Part shown: piece after piece, positions 20,363 to 29,215 of the stretch
Layout: each line of letters starts with the position of its first letter
Position numbering within the stretch: the stretch's first letter is position 1
Source: an uncultured delta proteobacterium
GTDB lineage: Bacteria; Myxococcota_A; Polyangia; Polyangiales; Polyangiaceae
Assembly: GCA_963841435.1 (NCBI GenBank)
Contig: CAWJCS010000004.1
Location: 320,001-384,000, forward strand
DNA length: 64,000 nt
Direction of reading: 5' to 3'
The notes under the pieces: model-generated
What the model was told of the DNA's origin: nothing
Databases searched by the model: none
The model's input: only the letters and a program-made list of their open reading frames with translations
Translations under genes and position numbers: made by a program

Positions 20363-21802
20363 TCACAGCCCGATTTCGTATCCGAGGGTGGGCTCGAAGA
20401 CCGTATCCGGGAACATCACGTTCAGGTTGAAGACGATCGCCGAATCGTTTGCGAGCGCGAACACCATGTGCAGCGTGGGACCGAAGAAGAAGTGGCTCCC
20501 GCTCCGATACGCGTTCAGCACACGCTGAACGGCCCGCACGTCGCCATTCCCATCGGGCAGGAGATAGGCGTTCAGCTCGCTGGCCGTCGCGGTGCGACAG
20601 GCCTGACGCGACGCCGAATCGACACAGTCGACGATCCTCACGCTCCCCGCGGAGTCGACCTCTGCATACCCGCCCGCAAGGCCTAGGTAAGGACGAAAGT
20701 TCTTGTTGAACACATCCTTCCTCACGCTGTAGAGGGCGCGCGCCTCGATGTGCAGGGGTGTGAAATGCTTGGGGGCGCCGCGAAAGGCCCAGCCGATCCG
20801 ACCGCCGAAGAGGAGCCGCTGGAGCGCGTAGTCGTACGAAACGAGCGCGCGAACGGTCGCGAAACGCGCGCTCGACGAGAGGTGCCCCGCGTAGGCGTTG
20901 GCCGGCGTCCCCGTGTACGGATTGCCCGCCTGGTAGCAGGCGTAGCGCTTGCTGTCCTCGGTCTGGCCGGCTCCGTCGGGACCGCACACGCCGTCTGCCT
21001 CGCGCGTCAGGATGAAGTCGGCCCCTGCGTGGAGCCCGATCCAATGATGCTTCGGCGGCCCCAGCCGCTCGGCGAGCTCTTCACGCGTCGGAAAGTGGCA
21101 GATGCCATCGTCACACTCCGACCCGTCGGGGCAATCCGCCGGCCTCTCGCATTTCTGCGGGTTGTCGCAGTTGCCGTTCATGCACTCGAGTCCGGTCTGG
21201 CACTGCGGGGTCTCGGTGCAGCTCGCGCCCCATGCGCGCTTGGCAGCCTTGCTCGGCTTGGTGCCGGGACACGCGGCGGTGCCGAGCATCTCCGGGGGGC
21301 AATCGCTGCTGTCGAAGCAACGTGACGGCGGGTCGTGGTTCGGTAGCGACGGCGGCGGCACCTTGGATTGATCCACGAGCCGAATGTGCATGGGCGCGCT
21401 GCTGCGGCCGATGCGCGCGACGACCTTGTTCGCGTCGTTGCGGGCGAACGCATAGACCGCGAGCACGCCGCGGTCGTTCGTGGCTGTGCACGGGATCATT
21501 CCCGTCCAGGTTCCCCCTTGGTTTTCCAGCTCGACCTTGGCCCACTTGCCGCCTTCGAGTCGGTAGCGAACCTCGACGCCAGCGACCTCGTAGTCGGTCT
21601 CGCACGAGAAAGGGATCGGTCGTCTTGTCTCGACCTCGCGCACCTGCGGCACGCAGACCATGCCGCGCGTCTCGACCTCGGAAGACGACTTCCTACCCGG
21701 CGAGGGGGGATTGTTTTGGATCTGGATGTCGTCGTCAGCGCCAGCGTCGGGCGACGCAAGAAGCACGAGCGTGGCGAGGAGGATCTTCCCGATGAGCTTC
21801 AT
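20363..21802 (-). CDS. Secreted Cys-rich protein with probable C-terminal outer-membrane beta-barrel
   Basis: Signal peptide, beta-rich N-domain, Cys-rich repeats (CTETPQCQTGLECMNGNC; CERPADCPDGSECDDGIC), amphipathic strands ending LGYEIGL. Confidence 0.65.
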   Translation of the reverse strand: MKLIGKILLATLVLLASPDAGADDDIQIQNNPPSPGRKSSSEVETRGMVCVPQVREVETRRPIPFSCETDYEVAGVEVRYRLEGGKWAKVELENQGGTWTGMIPCTATNDRGVLAVYAFARNDANKVVARIGRSSAPMHIRLVDQSKVPPPSLPNHDPPSRCFDSSDCPPEMLGTAACPGTKPSKAAKRAWGASCTETPQCQTGLECMNGNCDNPQKCERPADCPDGSECDDGICHFPTREELAERLGPPKHHWIGLHAGADFILTREADGVCGPDGAGQTEDSKRYACYQAGNPYTGTPANAYAGHLSSSARFATVRALVSYDYALQRLLFGGRIGWAFRGAPKHFTPLHIEARALYSVRKDVFNKNFRPYLGLAGGYAEVDSAGSVRIVDCVDSASRQACRTATASELNAYLLPDGNGDVRAVQRVLNAYRSGSHFFFGPTLHMVFALANDSAIVFNLNVMFPDTVFEPTLGYEIGL

Positions 21803-22015
21803 CTGAGGGCCCTTCGCAGTTCTGGCGCCGGCCGGGCGCGGCGCGAGCGTCCGGCATGTTGCGACGCCAAGTCAAGAGACGGGCCACATGCGCTTCTGGT
21901 GGCGTCTCGTCGGGAACCGGTCCCACGGAAAAATTCAATTGCAGAGGCTGAGACCTCGGGCTTGCGGCCTTGGCGCCCGCGAACTACTAGCGAAATGCTC
22001 GGCTTTTGACCCGCG

Positions 22016-23512
22016 ATGCCCCGAACCGCCCCCGCCTTCTGCCTCGCCGTGCTTTTCGCCCTCGGCCCAGGGGCACCCCCGGGAACGCCGTTCGCGCCGA
22101 AAATCGCCTTCGCGGCGTCGGAGAGCGGCAAGAAGCAGATCGCCGTCGGCAAGGTGCAGGGCCCCAACGCTACCAAGGTTCGCGTGGCGCTCATGAAGCG
22201 CATCAAGGACTCCGGCTGGTACAACGTGGCCGACGCCGAGGACCTGAAGCCCACGCTGCCGAAGTCCAAGATCGCCAAGCTTGCCGGCATCCTCGGCGCG
22301 AACGGTATCGTGATGGGGACCGTCTCGAAGAAGATGGACCTCACGCTCGTCATCTACAAGGCGAGCGGCGAGCCCGTTGCCGAGGTGCTCGTCAAGGGTG
22401 GCAGCCTGAAGCAGCTCGAGGCGACTCTGGAGTCCGACTTCGACACGACAATCGCGGGCCCGCTCGCCGACGCGACGGGCGGCTACAGACCCGGCCCCAC
22501 GAAGCCGCCTTCGCCTCCCGAAATGGAGGAGGAGCCCGAGCCCGACCTCGACGCCTTGGGTGGGGGTGCTGCGGAGCCCGAGTCCGAGGAGGAAGACGAA
22601 GAGCCCACCGACGAAGCGGTTGCCACGGAGCCCGAGGAAGCAGCCGACGAGCCAGCGCCAGAGAAGGCCAAAAAGAAGGCGGGGCGAACGCCCTTCGAGC
22701 TCGTTTTGGGCCTGCGCGGATACAACCGTGAGTTCAACTACACCGACCCGGTAGGCCAGCGCGATACCACGCCGCCCGATGCCGGGGGACCGCGTCCGAG
22801 GAACCTCGTGCCCTACAAGCTGGCGTTCGCGCCGGCACTGAAGGCGAGCACTCGACTTTACCCCTTGGCGTTCTTCCGCGATGACGCTGCAGGGTGGTTC
22901 GGCGTCGCTGCGGATTTCGAGCTCGGTATCGCGACGACGACGAACCTGGAAGAGCAGCTCACCGGCGGCCAGACTCGCGTCACGAAGCTGAAGACGAGCG
23001 CGCAGGCCTTCGACGTGGGCCTCCGCGCGCGGCTCCCCATCGGGCCGGTCGAGCTCGGGATCTTCGGCATGTACGGGTCGCAGTCGTTCGTGCTCGTCGG
23101 CGACGAGGGCGGAACCGGCCTCGAGCCGCTCGTCCCCGACGTGCGTTACAACTACGTGCGTGTGGGCGGCGACATCCGCGCGCGCATCTCGAAGCTCTTG
23201 ATCGGCGCGCACATCGCCCCGCGCTTCCTGCTCAGCCTGCACCAGATCGACCTCGAGTACGTGTGGTTCCCGGGCGCGAAGGGCAAGGGGCTCGACTTCG
23301 GCCTCGACCTCGGCTGGCAGCTCCTGCCGTGGCTCGACGTCGTGGCTGGCGCCAACGTCGTTCGCTACGGCTTCGATTTCAATGGGATCCCGGCCGAGGC
23401 CGCGCCCTGCCCCGATCATCTCTGTCGCTCGCCCGTGATCGCCGGCGGCGCCACCGACACGTACATCTCTGGCTGGCTCGGCGTCATGGTGACGCTCGGT
23501 GGCTCGAAGTAG
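22016..23512 (+). CDS. Secreted protein with acidic linker and probable beta-barrel
   Basis: Signal peptide, Glu/Pro-rich linker, alternating hydrophobic strands to the C-terminus. Confidence 0.65.
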   Translation: MPRTAPAFCLAVLFALGPGAPPGTPFAPKIAFAASESGKKQIAVGKVQGPNATKVRVALMKRIKDSGWYNVADAEDLKPTLPKSKIAKLAGILGANGIVMGTVSKKMDLTLVIYKASGEPVAEVLVKGGSLKQLEATLESDFDTTIAGPLADATGGYRPGPTKPPSPPEMEEEPEPDLDALGGGAAEPESEEEDEEPTDEAVATEPEEAADEPAPEKAKKKAGRTPFELVLGLRGYNREFNYTDPVGQRDTTPPDAGGPRPRNLVPYKLAFAPALKASTRLYPLAFFRDDAAGWFGVAADFELGIATTTNLEEQLTGGQTRVTKLKTSAQAFDVGLRARLPIGPVELGIFGMYGSQSFVLVGDEGGTGLEPLVPDVRYNYVRVGGDIRARISKLLIGAHIAPRFLLSLHQIDLEYVWFPGAKGKGLDFGLDLGWQLLPWLDVVAGANVVRYGFDFNGIPAEAAPCPDHLCRSPVIAGGATDTYISGWLGVMVTLGGSK

Positions 23513-23522
23513 GCCCGAGCCT

Positions 23523-23883
23523 TCAGGTCCCTGCGCTGCCGGCGTCGCCGGCGGCACCCGCGGCACCCGCGGCGCCCGCGACCCCGCCGGCGCCGGCACC
23601 GGCCGCGCCCAACATGCCGCTCGTACCCGCGGCGCCCGACGCACCCGCGACCCCGCCGGCACCGCTCGCGCCGCTCATGCCGCTCGTGCCCGCCAAGCGC
23701 CCGCGCTGCCACCGTTCCCGAAGGTGCCGCTGCCGCCCGCGGCACCCGCGGTCATCTCGCCGCCGGAGCCGGCCACCCGTCTCTTTGAACGTCGGGCAGA
23801 TCGGCGCATGCCCAGCCGAACTGGGCGAGCAGCGCGACCTGGTAAGCGGGTGAGCAGAGGCGGTTTGCGAGCTCGTCCTGCAT
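23523..23883 (-). pseudogene. Broken Gly/Ala/Ser-rich protein remnant
   Basis: Three frames give MQDEL...GWAC, VAGSGGEMTAGAAGGSG and AGTSGMSGASGAGG...AGT*; no single ORF spans them. Confidence 0.35.
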
Positions 23884-23907
23884 GCCTGGACGGGATGCGC
23901 ACGGATA

Positions 23908-25395
23908 CTAATTCTCCTTCGGCGAAGGCTCGAGCGGCCCGTCTGGGTGGTTCGGCTGCGCTCGGCTCCACGAGGCGTACGCGCGCATCAGCGCGCCGAA
24001 AATCCAGTTGCCGATCCGCTCGGCGCCCGCGCCCGACGGGTGCGTGAAGTCGGCCTGGCCGAGGCCGCGCTTCACCCAGGTGGGCATCGAGCCCTTGCCG
24101 CCCATCGCCGTGTACGTGTCGAAGTACGCGCAACCCACCTCGGCGGCCGCGCGTCGCTGCTCCGCAACGAGCGACGGGATGACGCGCACGCTGACGATCG
24201 AATCGCCCTGTTTGGCGGCCCGATCCATCGCCGAGACGATGAGACAGCTGCTTTCCGGCAGGATGCGCCGGACGGTTTCGAGCACCTCGCGCATCGTGCG
24301 CTGGTAGTCTTGCATCGAGTAGACGAAGCCGTCGCCGCTCTCGTTGGCGCCGAACTGGTAGACGACGAGCTCCGGTGCCCGCGCTCTGAGCTGCTCGGCC
24401 CAGTGGCTCTCCTCCTGTTTCGCGAGGAAGCGGATGCGCGCGCCCTGAATGCCGATCGCATCGAGCACGACGCCGGGGCCGTCTCGCTCGAGCACCACGC
24501 CGAATACCCGGCTCGAGCCCGACAGCGTCTGAAGCTCGAGCTGGTGCTGCCCGTCGGGCGCTCGCACCTCGTGGAAGCGCGAGCGGCTCTCGGGGCCCGT
24601 CGTGTCCACGACCTCGATGTCGCGACCGTCGAGCCGGAGCTGAAACCGACCACCTCGCGGCTCTTCGGCGTACGCGACCACGAAGCGCGACACACGGCTG
24701 CCGACCCCGCTCGTGCCCTCGGTGCCGATGCGAGAGAGCACGTGTTTTTCCGCGCGGAACGACACGCCCCCGAGGCCGTAGAAGCCGTCGCTCGCGTAGG
24801 GGCCCACGACGCGGCTCACCTTCCAGCCCGACGTGGCGTAGCGGTTCACGTCGAGATGAAAGTACGAAGGCCAGGCGTTCGCGACCAGCGTGAAGCCGTG
24901 CCCCGCGTCGCCGAAGCGGCGCTGCAGCGTACGGCGGAGCGTCCCCGAGACGAAGTCACTCGCCACGACCGAGTCGCCGTAGTGCACGATGCGAGCGATG
25001 GCACCCGGCTCGTGGCGATCGACGCGAGCTAGCTTCACGAAGAAAGCGTCGAGCGCGTGCCCCGACGGATCGACGATGGGCACCGGTGGCTGGTCCTTAC
25101 CCGGCAGGGCCGGGTCCTCGACCTCCGCCGCGGCGATTGGGCCACGCGCGCGCTTTGGGGCGGTGCCCGGTGCCTCGCGTTCACGCGTTTCCGTGTCGAG
25201 ACTCGCCTCACCGACGCTGTCGACGGGCGCGGCGAGCAGCACCGGTGCCTCGCTCGTCGCGGGGCGTTCGCCGAACAGCCGAAACCGCGCGAGGCCGGGC
25301 GTGACTTCGACGAGTGTCGAGAGCGCGAGGAGCGTCGCCATCGCCACGGCGGGGCGTGACCCGAGTGGGCTCGGGACGCGACCGTGGGCGCTCAC
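23908..25395 (-). CDS. Second SGNH/GDSL esterase, Ape1-like
   Basis: YGDSVVASDF, RFGDAGHG, GIQGAR, FGANES and DFTHP motifs; GTGA-coupled to the FHA gene. Confidence 0.8.
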   Translation of the reverse strand: MSAHGRVPSPLGSRPAVAMATLLALSTLVEVTPGLARFRLFGERPATSEAPVLLAAPVDSVGEASLDTETREREAPGTAPKRARGPIAAAEVEDPALPGKDQPPVPIVDPSGHALDAFFVKLARVDRHEPGAIARIVHYGDSVVASDFVSGTLRRTLQRRFGDAGHGFTLVANAWPSYFHLDVNRYATSGWKVSRVVGPYASDGFYGLGGVSFRAEKHVLSRIGTEGTSGVGSRVSRFVVAYAEEPRGGRFQLRLDGRDIEVVDTTGPESRSRFHEVRAPDGQHQLELQTLSGSSRVFGVVLERDGPGVVLDAIGIQGARIRFLAKQEESHWAEQLRARAPELVVYQFGANESGDGFVYSMQDYQRTMREVLETVRRILPESSCLIVSAMDRAAKQGDSIVSVRVIPSLVAEQRRAAAEVGCAYFDTYTAMGGKGSMPTWVKRGLGQADFTHPSGAGAERIGNWIFGALMRAYASWSRAQPNHPDGPLEPSPKEN

Positions 25396-26726
25396 GGGTC
25401 GCCGAACGGGTTTTTTCGTACGAGCAACGTCGAGGTCGGCGTGGCCTTGGCCGCGCCCTGAGAAGCCTTCTTCGGCGAGCCGCCGGTCGTTTTTGCCGCC
25501 GTCGGCGCGCCGGCGGCGTGCTTGGCGCTCGGCTCGGGCGGTTCCGACGAGGCCACCGCCTCGACGGGCTCACTCTCGTCACTGGGCAGGTCGGTCACGT
25601 TCACGGTCGCCTGCCGCATGGCCTCAATCTCGTCGGCGGCGCGGCGGCGACGCGCAGGATCGACGCTGGGCGCGCGCGCGACGCGGTCGAGCAGCGCCTG
25701 CTTCTCGGACGGATCCTGCGTATGGCTGGCCTTTTCGAACAGGGCGTCGGCCCACGCGTCCTGGATGGACCGAAAATCCGGCGAAGCGCGCAGATTGCTC
25801 GTTTCCGGGATCTGGTTGGCGCGCTTCACCGCCGCTTCGAGGTTGCCCTTCTTGCGCAGACCGGTGGCTTCCTTCAGGAGCTGAGCGACGGGGTCGATGC
25901 GCTCGGCTTGAGCCATCGGAGCGGCGGGCGGTTCGGACCGCCGCAACGCGAGCACCAGACCTGCCGTCATCGCGAGCAGCGCGGCACCGATCCCGAGCTT
26001 GACCGGCATCGAGAGGCCACCCTTCGTGCCTGCGCCGATGTCGGCCCTCAGCGCATCCTCCGGGCTCGGAATGTAGATCTCGCCCGCCGGCAGGAATTTG
26101 AACACGACGTCGCCGAGCTCGACCACGTCGCGCGAGTCGAGAAGGCTCGCCGGTAGCTCCGAGCCGTTGACCCTGATGCCGTTCGCGCTGCTAAGATCGA
26201 CGATCTCCCAGCGACGCGGGCCGACGGGACGCACCTCGGCGTGCACGCGCGAGACGGAGGGGTGGTTGACCGAGATTTCGCAGTCTTCGCCGCGGCCGAT
26301 CACCATGCGGTTGTTGCCGAGCGCGAACTCCTGGCCCTGGCCCGGCCCTGCGATCAGAACGAGCCGATCGTTGTTCGTGTTCATGCCCGGGCGCCCGGGC
26401 AACGTGAGGACGCCGTCGTCGCTACCCGCGGCCAGCGTCTCGTCTTCCAGTGTCAGCCGATAATCTCCGAGCTGGATGAGATCACCGTGCATCAGCTTCT
26501 GCGGTTCGCCGACGCGGGCGCCGTTCACGAAGCAACCGTTGTAACTCTCAACGTCGTGCAGCCGCCATTCCTCGCCATGCTGGGCGAGCCGCGCATGACG
26601 CCGCGAGATGTTGCGCTCCGTCAGGCGCACGGCATTCCCCTCCTCCCGCCCGATGGTGTACTCGTCTCGGACCAGGTGGACGACGGTTTTGTTACCCTGA
26701 TCGTCCTGTATCGTCAGCTTCCACAT
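25392..26726 (-). CDS. Double-FHA-domain membrane protein
   Basis: Two FHA signatures (IGREEG...ISRRHA...SYNG; IGRGED...VSRVHA...SANG), a TM helix, and a helical tail ending KNPFGDP. Confidence 0.88.
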   Translation of the reverse strand: MWKLTIQDDQGNKTVVHLVRDEYTIGREEGNAVRLTERNISRRHARLAQHGEEWRLHDVESYNGCFVNGARVGEPQKLMHGDLIQLGDYRLTLEDETLAAGSDDGVLTLPGRPGMNTNNDRLVLIAGPGQGQEFALGNNRMVIGRGEDCEISVNHPSVSRVHAEVRPVGPRRWEIVDLSSANGIRVNGSELPASLLDSRDVVELGDVVFKFLPAGEIYIPSPEDALRADIGAGTKGGLSMPVKLGIGAALLAMTAGLVLALRRSEPPAAPMAQAERIDPVAQLLKEATGLRKKGNLEAAVKRANQIPETSNLRASPDFRSIQDAWADALFEKASHTQDPSEKQALLDRVARAPSVDPARRRRAADEIEAMRQATVNVTDLPSDESEPVEAVASSEPPEPSAKHAAGAPTAAKTTGGSPKKASQGAAKATPTSTLLVRKNPFGDP

Positions 26727-27899
26727 CGGGGGGGCGCGGGAGGGGCTCAGCAGGGCGAGGCCGGTCACCCGAGTCTTTCACGGCTGATCGCTCAAGGAAA
26801 GCCCCCGCGCCATGGCGCCACAGCGCGTCGTGCACTTTGGGCCGAACCGTGCGGATCTGCGCGTTGTCGCGGCTAGGGCAGACGCGATTGGTCAGGAGCA
26901 CGCTGACGCGCTCGGCCGCTGGGTCGCACCAGAGGCTCGTCCCGGTGAAACCCAGGTGGCCGAAGGTTTCCGGGCTCGCGAGAGCTCCCGCTGCCGAGCC
27001 CGTGCCGGACTTCCCGTCGAAGCCCGCCCGGAGGCTCCCGCCGGGGCGCTCGACCACGAGCGGAGCGATGTCACCGGTTCGGAGCCACGCGTCGTTTCGC
27101 CCTGCGAGCGCGTCGAGCACGGCCTGGCCGAGCCCGAGGACGCCCTGCACCGAGCCAAACAACCCCGCGTGCCCCGAGAGCCCATGTCCGGAGAGCGCCC
27201 AAGCGTTGTCGTCGTGCACGGTGCCGCGGATGACCCCGCCGCGGAACGCTACCGTCTCGGTCGGTGGAACGCGTCGCAAGAAATCGTCAATCGAACGCAT
27301 CCAGCCGCGCGCCGAGCGCACGGCGAGCCCGAGCGGTCGGCAGAATCTCGTCCTGTACGATGTCGTCGAGCGGCGCGAAGGTGGCGTGCTCGAGCATGAT
27401 GCCCGCGAGAACGTAGCCGAGATCGCTGTAGACGGGCACGAAGCCCTGTTCGGGTCGCGGCCCGACGGCGTCGGTGCGCCGGGCCTCGGCAGCGGTGCGT
27501 ACGAGTGTGGCGCGCTCGATCGGGACACCCCGCCTCAGTGCTTCGAAGAGCGGCAGGTGCGCCTCGAGCCCCGCGCGGTGCGAGAGGAGCGCCACGAGCG
27601 GTGCATCGGCCGTCGGGGTGTCGCCGAGCTCCGGGACGAGCTCGGCGAGGGTGGTCTCGAAGGAGACGCGCCCCGCACGCACGAGCCTCGCCGCGGCGAC
27701 GGCCACGAAGGGCTTGGTCACGGAAGCGAGAATCGAAGAGGGCCTCGACCCCGCCGTAGGCGCCGAGCCCGGCCGCCCCGGTCGCGGTCCCAAAGTGGCC
27801 GTCGGGGCCGCGGTAGGCGACGCCCACGGCCGCCTGAGGGGCCGCCCCGGCCTCGAGCGCAAGGGTGGCAACGGCGTCGAGGGCGTTCGGCGGGCTCAT
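26692..27899 (-). CDS. Beta-lactamase-family serine hydrolase (two +1 frameshifts)
   Basis: FD-LASVTK (SxxK), YSDLGY, VHDDNA, GHAGLF and FGHLGFTGTSLW motifs. Deleting one base at 27731-2 and one at 27344-5 gives 401 aa. Confidence 0.87.
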
Positions 27900-27911
27900 G
27901 AGCCCTGTCTT

Positions 27912-27941
27912 TTGACCTGAAAGCGCGGAGACCGCTATCCT
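27912..27941 (+). promoter_or_regulatory. sigma70-type promoter of pilC (TTGACC-18-TATCCT)
   Basis: Hexamers in the divergent intergenic region, about 45 nt before ATG 27986. Confidence 0.5.
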
Positions 27942-27985
27942 AGGCTTGGGTCGGCGTCTCGAGTGACCGGCCCGTCTTCGAGCCC

Positions 27986-29200
27986 ATGGCAGAATTCACC
28001 TGGGAAGCGCGCGGCAGGACAGGTGAGCTGCGGCGTGGGGTCATGGAGGCCGACACGGAGGAGGCCGTCAACCAACGCCTCCGATCGCAGCAGCTCGCTC
28101 CCGTTCGCGTTCAGAAGAAGCGACGCATCGTCAACCTCAGCTTCGGCTCGGGGGTGCAGACGAAGGATCTCGTTACCTTCACGCGCCTCTTCGCCACGAT
28201 GATCGACGCGGGCTTGCCGCTCGTGCAGTGCCTCGAGATCCTCGCCGGGCAGCAGCCCAACAAGCGCTTTGGCACCGTGCTGAAGGACGTCAAGAACGCG
28301 GTCGAGGGAGGCTCCTCGTTCAGCGACTCACTCCGCCGCCATCCCAAGGTGTTCGACGAGCTTTTCGTCAACCTGGTTCAGGCAGGCGAGACGGGCGGCA
28401 TCCTCGACGGCATCATGACGCGCCTCTCCGTCTATCTGGAGAAGCGCCAAAAGCTCGTGCGCCAGGTGCGCGGCGCGATGGTCTACCCGAGCATCGTGAT
28501 CGTCATCGCCGGGGGCGTGATGACCGTGTTGCTTACCTTCGTGATCCCCGCGTTCGAGAACATGTTCAAGGACTTCGGCGGCGGCAAGGACAGCCTGCCG
28601 GCGCTCACGCGCCTAATCATCGCCATGTCGCGCGGCTTCGTCTCCGCCCTGCCGTACCTCGTCGTCCTTTTGATCGCCGTGGTGGCCGGCATCACCTGGG
28701 TGTATCGACAGCCCAAGGGCAAACGCTTCTTTCACCAGATGTTCCTCACGTTGCCCATCATGGGGCCGGTGCTGCGCAAGATCGCCGTCGCGCGGTTCAC
28801 GCGCACGCTCGGGACGCTGCTGCAATCGGGCGTGCCCATTCTCGACGCCCTCGAGATCTGCGCGCGCACCGCGGGCAACGTCATCATCGAAGAGGGCGTG
28901 CTCTTCGTGCGGCAGTCGATCAGCGAGGGCAAGAACATGGCCGAGCCCCTCGCGGCGACCAAGATCTTCCCCGACATGGTCGTGCAGATGATTGCCGTCG
29001 GTGAGCAGACCGGTGCGCTCGACCAGATGCTCAACAAGGTCGCGGACTTTTACGAGGAAGAGACGGACATCGCCGTTGCGGCCATGACGAGCGCCATCGA
29101 GCCCCTCCTGATGGTCGGCGTCGGCGGCATGGTGGGCGTCGTGCTCATCGCGATGTACCTTCCGATCTTCTCGCTCGCCGGCAACATCAAGTCCGAATAG
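27986..29200 (+). CDS. pilC: Type IV pilus platform protein PilC (T2SS F family)
   Basis: FTRLFATMIDAGLPL, AGETGGILD, AMVYP, VGEQTGALDQML and IAMYLPIF motifs. Confidence 0.95.
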   Translation: MAEFTWEARGRTGELRRGVMEADTEEAVNQRLRSQQLAPVRVQKKRRIVNLSFGSGVQTKDLVTFTRLFATMIDAGLPLVQCLEILAGQQPNKRFGTVLKDVKNAVEGGSSFSDSLRRHPKVFDELFVNLVQAGETGGILDGIMTRLSVYLEKRQKLVRQVRGAMVYPSIVIVIAGGVMTVLLTFVIPAFENMFKDFGGGKDSLPALTRLIIAMSRGFVSALPYLVVLLIAVVAGITWVYRQPKGKRFFHQMFLTLPIMGPVLRKIAVARFTRTLGTLLQSGVPILDALEICARTAGNVIIEEGVLFVRQSISEGKNMAEPLAATKIFPDMVVQMIAVGEQTGALDQMLNKVADFYEEETDIAVAAMTSAIEPLLMVGVGGMVGVVLIAMYLPIFSLAGNIKSE

Positions 29201-29215
29201 CGAGCGCTTCGAAAC

